A stretch of DNA of 64,000 nt from Nanobdellota archaeon (GTDB lineage: Archaea; Nanobdellota; Nanobdellia; Pacearchaeales; GW2011-AR1). Location of the stretch: assembly GCA_030641715.1 (NCBI GenBank), contig DAOWGX010000018.1, positions 35,752 through 99,751 of the forward strand, written 5' to 3'. The translations under genes and the position numbers were made by a program. Below the pieces are notes generated by a model that did no database searches, had not been told where the DNA came from, and was given only the letters and a program-made list of their open reading frames with translations. Shown one piece after another: positions 27,651 to 35,364 of this stretch (the stretch's first letter is position 1; each line of letters begins with the position of its first letter).

Positions 27651-28889
27651 ATGGGTATGAAAAGTATTTTAGAAAAAGAGCTTGTGGCGATTTCTCTTTC
27701 TCGTGAGGAGATTTTAAATTTGGAGAAAATTTCTAAGGAGTTTATTAAACAGCTTAACTCTAGGAATATTAAGGCTTATGTTGGGGGGAGTTTGGCGAAG
27801 GGGACCTTGGTTAGGAAGGCAGGTTTGCAAGATATTGATATTTTTGTTGTGTTTGATTGTAGCGAGGATATCTTGAAGCTCGAGAGTATTTTGAAGAAGA
27901 TTAGGTTGCCGGGCAAGTTGAAGAAGGTTCACGGGTCGCGGGATTATTTTCAGATTGTTTGTGGTAGTGTTTTACTGGAGATTGTTCCTGTTGTTAAGAA
28001 TAAGTATCCTGAGTTGGCGGAGAATGTGACGGATGTTTCGTTGAGGCACGTTAAGTATGTTAGGGGTGTGGTGAAAAAGAATTCAAGGATTAGCGACGAG
28101 ATTAAGTTGGCGAAGGCGTTTTGTTGGGCTAATAGATGTTACGGGGCGGAGAGTTATGTTCGAGGTTTTAGTGGGTATTCGTTGGAAGTGTTGGTGATTT
28201 ATTTCGGGGGTTTTGTTAAGTTTTTGAGAGGTGTTTCTCGACGACGAGTTATTGATCCTCTGAAACACTTTAGAAGTGAGCGGGAGGTTTTAGGGGAGTT
28301 GAATACGTCAAAGCTGACTGGACCGATTGTTTTGATTGATCCAACTTATAAGTATAGGAATGTTACGGCGGGACTTGGTGAGGAGACTTTTGAGAAGTTT
28401 AATATTGTTGCTAGTAAATTTTTGAAATCTCCGTCGTTGAAGTTTTTCGAATGGCAGTCGATTGATGGTGAGGGTTTGAAGAATCTTGCTGATAGAAAGA
28501 AGGTCCGGTTCGTCGAGGTTGGTTTGAAGACGGATAGGCAGGAGGGAGATATTGCGGGAACGAAGATGAGGAAATTTTTTGATTTTTTTGTTAGTGAGCT
28601 TAAGAGGGAACAGCAAAAAGTTTTGGCGAAGGAGTTTGATTATTCTGGCGAGGGGAAGAGAGCTACGGGGTATTTGGTTGTCGAGGAGAAAAAGGAGATT
28701 GAGGTTCGAGGTCCCTCTGTTGGGATGGTCGAGGCTGTTAAGAGTTTTAGGAAGGCGAAGGGGATGAAGGCGTTTAGGAAGAAGGGTTATTGGTGGTTTA
28801 GGAAGGCGGTTAGTGTTAAGGATGTTTTTAAGTTGATTAGGAAGGTTGAGAGTGAGATGGGTGTTAGTGGGAAGTTAAATAATTTCTAG
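27651..28889 (+). CDS. cca: archaeal (class I) CCA-adding tRNA nucleotidyltransferase
   Basis: GGSLAKGTLVRKAGLQDIDIFVVF nucleotidyltransferase signature; size typical of archaeal CCA enzymes. Confidence 0.8.
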   Translation: MGMKSILEKELVAISLSREEILNLEKISKEFIKQLNSRNIKAYVGGSLAKGTLVRKAGLQDIDIFVVFDCSEDILKLESILKKIRLPGKLKKVHGSRDYFQIVCGSVLLEIVPVVKNKYPELAENVTDVSLRHVKYVRGVVKKNSRISDEIKLAKAFCWANRCYGAESYVRGFSGYSLEVLVIYFGGFVKFLRGVSRRRVIDPLKHFRSEREVLGELNTSKLTGPIVLIDPTYKYRNVTAGLGEETFEKFNIVASKFLKSPSLKFFEWQSIDGEGLKNLADRKKVRFVEVGLKTDRQEGDIAGTKMRKFFDFFVSELKREQQKVLAKEFDYSGEGKRATGYLVVEEKKEIEVRGPSVGMVEAVKSFRKAKGMKAFRKKGYWWFRKAVSVKDVFKLIRKVESEMGVSGKLNNF

Positions 28890-29258
28890 GTTCTTTTTGT
28901 TTCGAATTGTTAGAATTTTATTGGGGACTCTGTCTTTCAGATTTTTATCTAGCGTCGCCAAAATGATTTGTTTTCCGGAAATATAGTTTACAATTTTAAT
29001 GTCTATGTTAGGGTTGTTTCCTTTGAGTTTTATAATTTCTGGGTTGATTGTTTGTAATATTTCGAAGCTTAGTTTGGCAGAATTTTTATCTTTGATTTTG
29101 ATATTTTTTTTATCTTTTAGATTTCCTAATTCGTTTAAAACATCTCGGGGGACAATCCATTTGATTGGTTCGTCGAGGAGGTTATTTACGATACTATTAA
29201 AATCTATTTTTTGTTTTACACAGGTCAGGATGAAGTTTGTGTCGAGTAATATTTTCAT
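28875..29258 (-). CDS. PIN-domain protein (Fcf1/VapC-like)
   Basis: MKILLDTNFIL.. acidic PIN N-terminus; start ATG 29258 is 25.5 nt from the symmetric TATA at 29279-29288. Confidence 0.65.
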   Translation of the reverse strand: MKILLDTNFILTCVKQKIDFNSIVNNLLDEPIKWIVPRDVLNELGNLKDKKNIKIKDKNSAKLSFEILQTINPEIIKLKGNNPNIDIKIVNYISGKQIILATLDKNLKDRVPNKILTIRNKKNLEII

Positions 29259-29278
29259 GTTATTGGGAACTTGAGAAG

Positions 29279-29288
29279 ATTTATATAA
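29279..29288. promoter_or_regulatory. shared near-palindromic TATA for divergent leaderless genes
   Basis: atttatataa is centred 25.5 nt from both ATG 29258 (minus) and ATG 29309 (plus). Confidence 0.5.
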
Positions 29289-29308
29289 CTTCTCTTCTTG
29301 ATATGCAA

Positions 29309-29869
29309 ATGAAAGAGGTCGGAAATGTTTTGCGAATTCTGCGAGAGACAAAGAAATTTATCGAGGAGGATAATCCTCATGAGATAAAAGTGTTGTCGAA
29401 TCAGACGATTCATTCTGCGGCGATTTCTCAGGATGCGGATAATATTATTGTGGCTGTTTTGGTTTATTCTTTGAGCAAGATTTTTGAACGGAAGCATTAT
29501 CGGGATATGGAAGGTTGGCAGGAATTTTGTGATGCTATGATTAAGAATCTTGCGTCGGCGATTAAGGCACTTGAGAAAGAGGATATTGAGAAAACGAGGG
29601 TTTGTCTTGGGAGGATTCGGAATTCGTTGAATGAGATTTCGGGTGATTTGGGTCGGTATGTTAAGGATATTTTTAGGAAGGCGGAGATTAATAAGGCGTT
29701 TAAACTTTATGAGCATGGTTTGTCGTCGGAGCAGACGGCGGAGCTTCTTGGTGTGAGTTTGTGGGATTTGGCGTCGTACATTGGGCAGTCGCATATTGGT
29801 GATGCGAAGTTTGCGATTTCTATGCCGGTTAAGGAGAGGGTGAGGATTGCGGAGGAGATTTTTGGATGA
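29309..29869 (+). CDS. hypothetical protein with C-terminal HTH
   Basis: LSSEQTAELLGVSLWDLASYIG HTH-like segment; start chosen by TATA spacing (ATG 29303 also possible). Confidence 0.4.
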   Translation: MKEVGNVLRILRETKKFIEEDNPHEIKVLSNQTIHSAAISQDADNIIVAVLVYSLSKIFERKHYRDMEGWQEFCDAMIKNLASAIKALEKEDIEKTRVCLGRIRNSLNEISGDLGRYVKDIFRKAEINKAFKLYEHGLSSEQTAELLGVSLWDLASYIGQSHIGDAKFAISMPVKERVRIAEEIFG

Positions 29870-30270
29870 AATTGACTATGGAAGATAAGGAATTAATTGA
29901 AGAAGCAAAACAAGTTATTTTAAAATCTAAACAAATAAAACTTGTTGATACTGCGTCAATGGGGTCCTCTTTATTAACGTCAAATGGAAATTTATTTAGT
30001 GGTGTTTGTATGGGTTTCTATTGCGGGATTGGTTCTTGTGCAGAATATCAGGCAATTGGATCAATGGTTTCTAATGGTGAGAATGAAATAAAAATTATTG
30101 TTGCAATAAGTGAAAATGGGAATATTCATCCTCCTTGCGGAAAATGTAGGGAGATGATAAATCAAGTTTGTAAAGGGAATAAAGATACATTTGTGATAGT
30201 TTCTAAAAATAAAAAAATTAAATTAAAAGAACTACTTCCTTTGGCATGGGAATGTTCAATAGAAAAATGA
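29866..30270 (+). CDS. cdd: cytidine/blasticidin-S deaminase family protein
   Basis: Zn-ligand motifs CAEYQA and PPCGKCREMI. Confidence 0.75.
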   Translation: MKLTMEDKELIEEAKQVILKSKQIKLVDTASMGSSLLTSNGNLFSGVCMGFYCGIGSCAEYQAIGSMVSNGENEIKIIVAISENGNIHPPCGKCREMINQVCKGNKDTFVIVSKNKKIKLKELLPLAWECSIEK

Positions 30271-30351
30271 AGTACCTAATCTTAGGTGATAGTCCAGTTA
30301 GAAACCAAAACAAATATAAACCTGATTGCATACATGATTCTACTTTAAGTC

Positions 30352-30392
30352 CCCGGTATCTCTTCGGACATGCCGGGCTTTATCTCCTTTTT
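30352..30392 (+). promoter_or_regulatory. UUCG-capped 11-position hairpin + T-tract (leader attenuator or small RNA)
   Basis: CCCGGTATCTC-TTCG-GACATGCCGGG (one mismatch) then ctttatctcctttttt; TATA 30311-30320 predicts a TSS near 30341. Confidence 0.45.
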
Positions 30393-30405
30393 TCGAGGTA
30401 TTTTT

Positions 30406-31038
30406 ATGAGTAAAAAAGCTATTATTTTTATTGATGCAAATAATTGGTATCATAATCTTAAGTATTCTTTAAAGCCAAGCAGTATTGATATAAAAAAACT
30501 TTCGAGTTTGGTTGCAGGAAATTTTGATTTAGAAATATTAGAAATTAGATGGTATGCTTCGATGCCGAGTAGAAAAGATGATGAATTGATGTATAAAAGG
30601 CAGAGGGCTTTTTTGGGGCATTTGCAAAAGCAAGGAGTTAAGATAATTACTCGGAAATTGCAAAAACTTTCCACTAAAGAGTTAAAAAGGAAAAGACAGG
30701 AGCTCGTGGAGTCTTGGGATTTATGTGGGGTTTGTAAGCCGATTGTTGACGAGGCTTTTTTGGACATTGCGGATAATCAGAAGAAAGAAAAGGGGATTGA
30801 CGTGTGGATTGCTATAGATATGGTTAAGGAAGCAATACAGAAAAATGTGGATTGTTGTGTTTTGGTTTCTGGCGACGCTGATTTTGTTCCTGCGTTTAAT
30901 TTGATTAAAGAAGTTGGAAAGGATGTTTTGAGTGTTTCTGTTTCGAGGGGTTATTCGAATGAGTTGAGGCAGAAGTTTCCTTATTTTGTTTTGAAAAAAG
31001 AAGAATTAAATAATTGCTTGAAGGAGTATGGAAGATGA
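30406..31038 (+). CDS. NYN-domain (LabA-like) predicted RNase
   Basis: AIIFIDANNWYHN, GIDVWIAIDM, VLVSGDADFVPA acidic NYN motifs. Confidence 0.75.
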   Translation: MSKKAIIFIDANNWYHNLKYSLKPSSIDIKKLSSLVAGNFDLEILEIRWYASMPSRKDDELMYKRQRAFLGHLQKQGVKIITRKLQKLSTKELKRKRQELVESWDLCGVCKPIVDEAFLDIADNQKKEKGIDVWIAIDMVKEAIQKNVDCCVLVSGDADFVPAFNLIKEVGKDVLSVSVSRGYSNELRQKFPYFVLKKEELNNCLKEYGR

Positions 31039-31709
31039 AATACTTAATCTTCGATGCAGGACCAATAATTTCCCTGACTATGAATGGGATGTTGTATGTG
31101 ATTGAAAAGTTGAGAAAAGATTTTGATGGAGAGTTTATTCTGACGCCTCAAGTGAAGAAGGAGGTTGTTGATAGGCCGATGAAGATTAAGAAGTATAAGC
31201 TCGAGGCGATTCAGGTTAGGGATATGATTGAGAGGGGCGTTTTTAAGATGTCGTCGGAGATTGTCCAAGATAAGAAATTGAACGAAGAGGTTAAGAGGGT
31301 TTTGAAGGTTACGGGAGGAGTTTTAAGGACGGTGCAAACTGGAGAGAAGATTAAGATTATCCATGAGGGTGAGGTGGCGTGTCTCGCGTTTTCGAATTTG
31401 TGCGGGGTGGATAATGTGATTGTTATTGATGAGAGGACGACGAGGATGTTGACGGAAGCACCGCAGGGTTTGAAGGAGATGATGGAGAGGAAGTTGCATA
31501 CACCACTTAAAGCAGAACTGTCGTTGCTGGATGAGTTGAAGGATTTTAAGTTTATTCGTTCGGCGGAGCTTCTTTTTGTTGCTTATAAAAAAGGGTTGAT
31601 ACCGATTAAGAAGAGTAAGGATTTGCTTGATGCGTTGCTTTATGGGGTTAAGTTTAAGGGTACGGCGATTTCCTCTGTTGAGATTGAAGAGATGAAGAAG
31701 TTGGTTTAG
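31035..31709 (+). CDS. PIN-like nucleic-acid-binding protein (COG2405/DUF3368-like)
   Basis: LIFDAGPIISL, HEGEVACLA, VIDERTTR; ATGA overlap with the NYN gene. Confidence 0.5.
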   Translation: MKYLIFDAGPIISLTMNGMLYVIEKLRKDFDGEFILTPQVKKEVVDRPMKIKKYKLEAIQVRDMIERGVFKMSSEIVQDKKLNEEVKRVLKVTGGVLRTVQTGEKIKIIHEGEVACLAFSNLCGVDNVIVIDERTTRMLTEAPQGLKEMMERKLHTPLKAELSLLDELKDFKFIRSAELLFVAYKKGLIPIKKSKDLLDALLYGVKFKGTAISSVEIEEMKKLV

Positions 31710-31728
31710 ATATCCTGTGTTTTGTTAT

Positions 31729-32001
31729 CTATCTGTAAACTAAATGTTTCTTGTACTTGCCGTTAAAAGGGTTACTTGTGCATCTGTTACATATCCTACT
31801 TACGTCGTATTGGGATTTATCTTGATATGCTAAACACGTTCTTGATTGTTGACCTATTAGGTCTTGTTGTACTCTTACATACTTGAGGGTTTTCGTTTCT
31901 AAGCGTTCTTTCCTCCCATTTCTTCCTGCTCGGGCTATTTGTCCGAAGAGGCTTTTACCTTTATCGCAATAGTGTTTTGCTTTTAAGTTATTGTTTGCCA
32001 T
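31729..32001 (-). CDS. hypothetical basic Cys-containing protein
   Basis: 90-aa ORF; no recognised family. Confidence 0.3.
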   Translation of the reverse strand: MANNNLKAKHYCDKGKSLFGQIARAGRNGRKERLETKTLKYVRVQQDLIGQQSRTCLAYQDKSQYDVSRICNRCTSNPFNGKYKKHLVYR

Positions 32002-32235
32002 TTTTTTGATGGTATCTGTAAGGATTTGAGGTTTATAAGTCTTTCTATTTGTTGTTTCTTAAGCGTAGTAACAAATATAGATTGATAGGCTAGGTTGTAG
32101 TTTAATTAGATTTAAAAGCGAAGGGTTCTAGATTATTTTAGGTTATTTGGGGTGCATCGGATAATGATAGTCTACTCGGCTCCAAAACTTTTTAGAGGTA
32201 CGAATATTTAAATAGTCTATGTTCAAATTGATAAT

Positions 32236-32712
32236 ATGAAATGGACGAATAGGGAAGAGATGGAATTGAAAGAAAAGTATTCTTCTTGTGCTAGTCTTAG
32301 AGAACTTGGGACTTATTTGAATAGAAGTATCCGTTCAATAAAACAAAAAGCTGCAAGACTTGGATTGTCGCGAGGACTAGCGCCGGTCAACAAACCGAAA
32401 AATAAAAGACATAGAAATATTTCAGATAAACAATATTATGAAGATAATAAAAAGAAGATCCAGCATACTAAAACGAAACGGTTGAAAAGGATAAAAATTG
32501 AAATGATAAATCTTCTAGGGGGGAGATGTTCTAAATGTGGATATAATCATTGTTGGGCGGCTTTAGAATTTCATCACAATACTTCTGATAAGGAAGGAAA
32601 TATGGCGCATATAATTAAAAATAAGTCTAGAGAGAAGGCTTTAAAAGAAGGAAAGAAATGCATATTATTATGTGCGAATTGCCATAGGGAATTGCATAAT
32701 CAGGGTTCATAG
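32236..32712 (+). CDS. HNH endonuclease with N-terminal SANT/Myb-like HTH
   Basis: CSKCG..EFHH..CANCHRELH HNH motif; W..EE..L..RS..IKQKAARLGL N-domain; own TATA at 32205-32214. Confidence 0.75.
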   Translation: MKWTNREEMELKEKYSSCASLRELGTYLNRSIRSIKQKAARLGLSRGLAPVNKPKNKRHRNISDKQYYEDNKKKIQHTKTKRLKRIKIEMINLLGGRCSKCGYNHCWAALEFHHNTSDKEGNMAHIIKNKSREKALKEGKKCILLCANCHRELHNQGS

Positions 32713-32773
32713 TTCAAAGGTAGAATATCGGTCTCCAGAACCGAGGATGCGGGTTCGATTCCTGCTGAGCCCA
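32703..32773 (+). tRNA. tRNA-Trp (anticodon CCA)
   Basis: hand-folded cloverleaf: GGGTTCA/TGAGCCC acceptor, TCGGT/ACCGA anticodon stem, loop CTCCAGA, GCGGG/CCTGC T stem, TTCGATT loop; no intron. Confidence 0.9.
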
Positions 32774-32820
32774 TTTTATGTTCCCAATACTTTTATAAAT
32801 AAAGCCCTCTTGGTTTTGAT

Positions 32821-33282
32821 ATGGTAAAAGGGGCGGTAAAGAAGTCGGTTAGTAAGGGTGTTGATGATGAGAGTCTTGAGGGAGTTGTTGTGGGGGGGCG
32901 TGATTCTAAGAAGGTTGAGAAGGAAGGTCCTGTCAAAAAGAAGATGACAGCGAAGGAGCGTGAGGAACTTTTGATTGAAAATTTTGTGGGATTGCAACAT
33001 GCGATGACGAATCTTTCTATTAAATTTGGGGCTTTGTCAGATAATATTACGAAGTTGCTTCAGGTTTTTGAAGAGTCAGCGAAGAGCTTTGTTTCCGGGG
33101 GGAAGATTGAAGACGATTCTATGTTGAAGAAAATCGATTCGTTGTTGGATCAAAATAAAACTATTGCGAAGGGTTTGATTTTAATGGAAGGAAGTTTAAG
33201 GAATCGTTCCGAGGCTGTTGGACAAGCACCCGTTTATTCTGAGATGCCGTATTCAAAACCCAAGCCGTTTCCGAGCACATGA
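32821..33282 (+). CDS. hypothetical coiled-coil protein
   Basis: 153-aa ORF; TATA 32791-32800; ATGA-coupled to the next ORF. Confidence 0.4.
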   Translation: MVKGAVKKSVSKGVDDESLEGVVVGGRDSKKVEKEGPVKKKMTAKEREELLIENFVGLQHAMTNLSIKFGALSDNITKLLQVFEESAKSFVSGGKIEDDSMLKKIDSLLDQNKTIAKGLILMEGSLRNRSEAVGQAPVYSEMPYSKPKPFPST

Positions 33283-34055
33283 GTTCTGAAGATGTTTCTG
33301 TAATTGCGTTGGAGCCTTTTATTAGTAGGTTTGTTTTTACGATAATTCAAAATATTCGATCGCATGATTTTTCTTATGAGGAAAGGCAGGTTGTTCATGC
33401 AGATTTGGTGCCGAAAGTTTCGGAAAAAGTTATGATGTCTTCTTTGAAGGAGAAAGAACTTCCGCTTATGAGAAGGGAGATGGATGAGTTGGTGATTCCT
33501 ATGAATAGATCTATTATGGAAACATCTGTCAAGATTCCTGTTAGAAAGCCGAGGTCTGTTATTAATAAACCTGTTATGGAACGGCTTGTTAGAGCTCCGG
33601 TTAGAAAGCCGATGCCCGTTCTTTTGCCCCCTCCGCAACCTAAAAGGGTGCAAATGTCTTCGCCATCTGTAGTGCCTCCACAAATACAATCTGTATCTCC
33701 AAAGGTTATGACTCCGAGTGTTTCTGTAAGTGTGGAATCTGATCAAGATTATGGGAGGATTACTCCGCTGTTGGGTGATCCTGTTATTTCTTTGATTGAG
33801 TGTCAGGGTGCGGGGAAACCTTTAATGATTATTCGAGCAGGTCAGAGGCAGATTACACGGATTACCTTGAGTCCTATGGAGATCAAAGAGGTTTTGGAGA
33901 AGATCTCTGAGGGGGCGCATATCCCGTTGCTGGAAGGTGTTTTTCGGGCGGCTGTTGGTAATTTTTCTATTAATGCGATTATTTCTGAGATGGTTGGGTC
34001 GAGGTTTGTGATTCGAAAGCAGACTCCGTATTCGTTGCTTGAGAGACAGGTTTAA
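33279..34055 (+). CDS. Pro-rich protein ending in a FlaI/VirB11-type ATPase N-terminal-like domain (no ATPase core)
   Basis: C-terminal ..LLGDPVISLIECQG..PLMIIRAG..ITL..EIKEVLEKIS....SRFVIRK resembles the N-domain of secretion ATPases; the ORF stops before any Walker A. Confidence 0.45.
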   Translation: MSSEDVSVIALEPFISRFVFTIIQNIRSHDFSYEERQVVHADLVPKVSEKVMMSSLKEKELPLMRREMDELVIPMNRSIMETSVKIPVRKPRSVINKPVMERLVRAPVRKPMPVLLPPPQPKRVQMSSPSVVPPQIQSVSPKVMTPSVSVSVESDQDYGRITPLLGDPVISLIECQGAGKPLMIIRAGQRQITRITLSPMEIKEVLEKISEGAHIPLLEGVFRAAVGNFSINAIISEMVGSRFVIRKQTPYSLLERQV

Positions 34056-34082
34056 ATAACTTTTAGGTTTTGTTTTGGTATG
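34003..34082 (+). repeat. 80-nt unit T, copy 1 (3' end of ORF 33279-34055 + TATA + ATG)
   Basis: 75/80 identical to copy 2; contains TATA gtttaaataa (34050-34059) centred 25.5 nt upstream of ATG 34080. Confidence 0.9.
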
Positions 34083-34652
34083 CAAAAGCATACTACACTT
34101 TTTGATGATTTAAAAAAAGCGTATGACCCAAGTAGGACATTGGGGAGATTAGATATCCATAGTTATAGCTCGAATGATTATGGTAATATATCGAATGATG
34201 CAAGAGAGTTAATTATTAATGCAGATGATAATGTAACTCTATTTATTAATAGTCCTCTTTCTAAATTCCTGATATTCAATTCTGATAAAGTAATAAGGGC
34301 TGTTTCTGAAGTTTCAGATTTGGTAAAGGTTAGGATTTTATTGAAACGAAGCAGAGGTTCTGAAGAAGTTAATGATTTAATAGAGAGGCTTCATTATACT
34401 GGTTATCGAAAAGGGAATGATAAAATAGAGATTTTAGATAAGGAGGTAATTGAAGACCAACGTCTTCGGGATGATTACTTTATTGTAGCTGATAGACGAA
34501 ATGTTTTTTGGAAAAAATCTATTCATAAAGTTTCGCAGTTTATTTATGATGTTCCTTGGATTGGGGAGAACCTAGAATCCCAGGTTAGGCTCTTGGAAGC
34601 TAAACATAAGGACAATATAAGGTATAAAGATATACCTGGCATAGGTTTGTAA
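34080..34652 (+). CDS. 190-aa cassette protein, paralog A (unknown function)
   Basis: ORF; roughly 65% aa identity to paralog B by eye; AT-rich; promoter, ATG and stop all lie in T copies. Confidence 0.6.
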   Translation: MQKHTTLFDDLKKAYDPSRTLGRLDIHSYSSNDYGNISNDARELIINADDNVTLFINSPLSKFLIFNSDKVIRAVSEVSDLVKVRILLKRSRGSEEVNDLIERLHYTGYRKGNDKIEILDKEVIEDQRLRDDYFIVADRRNVFWKKSIHKVSQFIYDVPWIGENLESQVRLLEAKHKDNIRYKDIPGIGL

Positions 34653-34723
34653 TTCGTAAACAGACTCCGTATTCTTTGCTTGAGAGACAGGTTTAAATAA
34701 CTTTTAGGTTTTGTTTTGATATG
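34644..34723 (+). repeat. 80-nt unit T, copy 2
   Basis: hand alignment, 75/80 to copy 1 and 74/80 to copy 3. Confidence 0.9.
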
Positions 34724-35293
34724 CAAAAGTGTACTACATTTTTTGATTATCTAAAAAAAACGTGTGACCCAAAGATTGCATATGGGAGATTAGATACACA
34801 TAGTTATCGCCCTAATGATTACGGCAATATATCGAATGAGGCAAGGGAGTTAATCATTAGTGCAGAGGAGAATGTAACTCTGTTTATCAGTGACCCCCTT
34901 CCTAGGTTTTTGATATATGATTCTGATAAAGTCATAAGGGCTATTTCTGAAGTTTCAGATTTTGTGAATGTTAAGATTCTATTAAAAAGAAGCGAGGATT
35001 CCAAAGAAGTAGATGATTTAATAAAGAGGCTCAATGACGCTGGTTACCAGAATAAGAATGGTCAAATAGGGGTTTTAGATAAGAGTGCAATTGGAAATGA
35101 TCGTCTCAGAGAAGATTACTTTATTGTAACTGATAGCCGAAATGTTTTTTGGAAAAAATCTATTTATGATATTGCGGAATTTATTTATGATGTGCCTTTG
35201 CTTGGGGAGAAACTGGAATCCCAAGTTGGGCTCTTGGAAGCTAAATATAAGGACAATGTAGGGTATAAAAATATATCTGGTATGAGTTTGTAA
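34721..35293 (+). CDS. 190-aa cassette protein, paralog B
   Basis: tandem paralog of 34080-34652. Confidence 0.6.
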   Translation: MQKCTTFFDYLKKTCDPKIAYGRLDTHSYRPNDYGNISNEARELIISAEENVTLFISDPLPRFLIYDSDKVIRAISEVSDFVNVKILLKRSEDSKEVDDLIKRLNDAGYQNKNGQIGVLDKSAIGNDRLREDYFIVTDSRNVFWKKSIYDIAEFIYDVPLLGEKLESQVGLLEAKYKDNVGYKNISGMSL

Positions 35294-35364
35294 TTCGTAA
35301 ACAGACTCCATATTCTTTGCTTGAGGGGCAGGTTTAAATAACTTTTAGGTTTGGTTTTGGTATG
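35285..35364 (+). repeat. 80-nt unit T, copy 3 (supplies promoter and ATG of the DUF357 gene)
   Basis: 74/80 identical to copy 2. Confidence 0.9.

Noticed and set aside
33822-34726. Two similar minus-strand ORFs (33822-34091 and 34544-34726, both ..KTKPKSYLNLSLKQRIRSL..)
   Set aside because: Their similarity is just the antisense translation of the 80-nt T repeat. They overlap real plus-strand genes and lack promoters.
34080-35293. The two 190-aa paralogs as template and variable repeats of a diversity-generating retroelement
   Set aside because: Differences between the copies are spread over all four bases rather than adenine-specific. They span the whole gene, and no reverse transcriptase is in the window.
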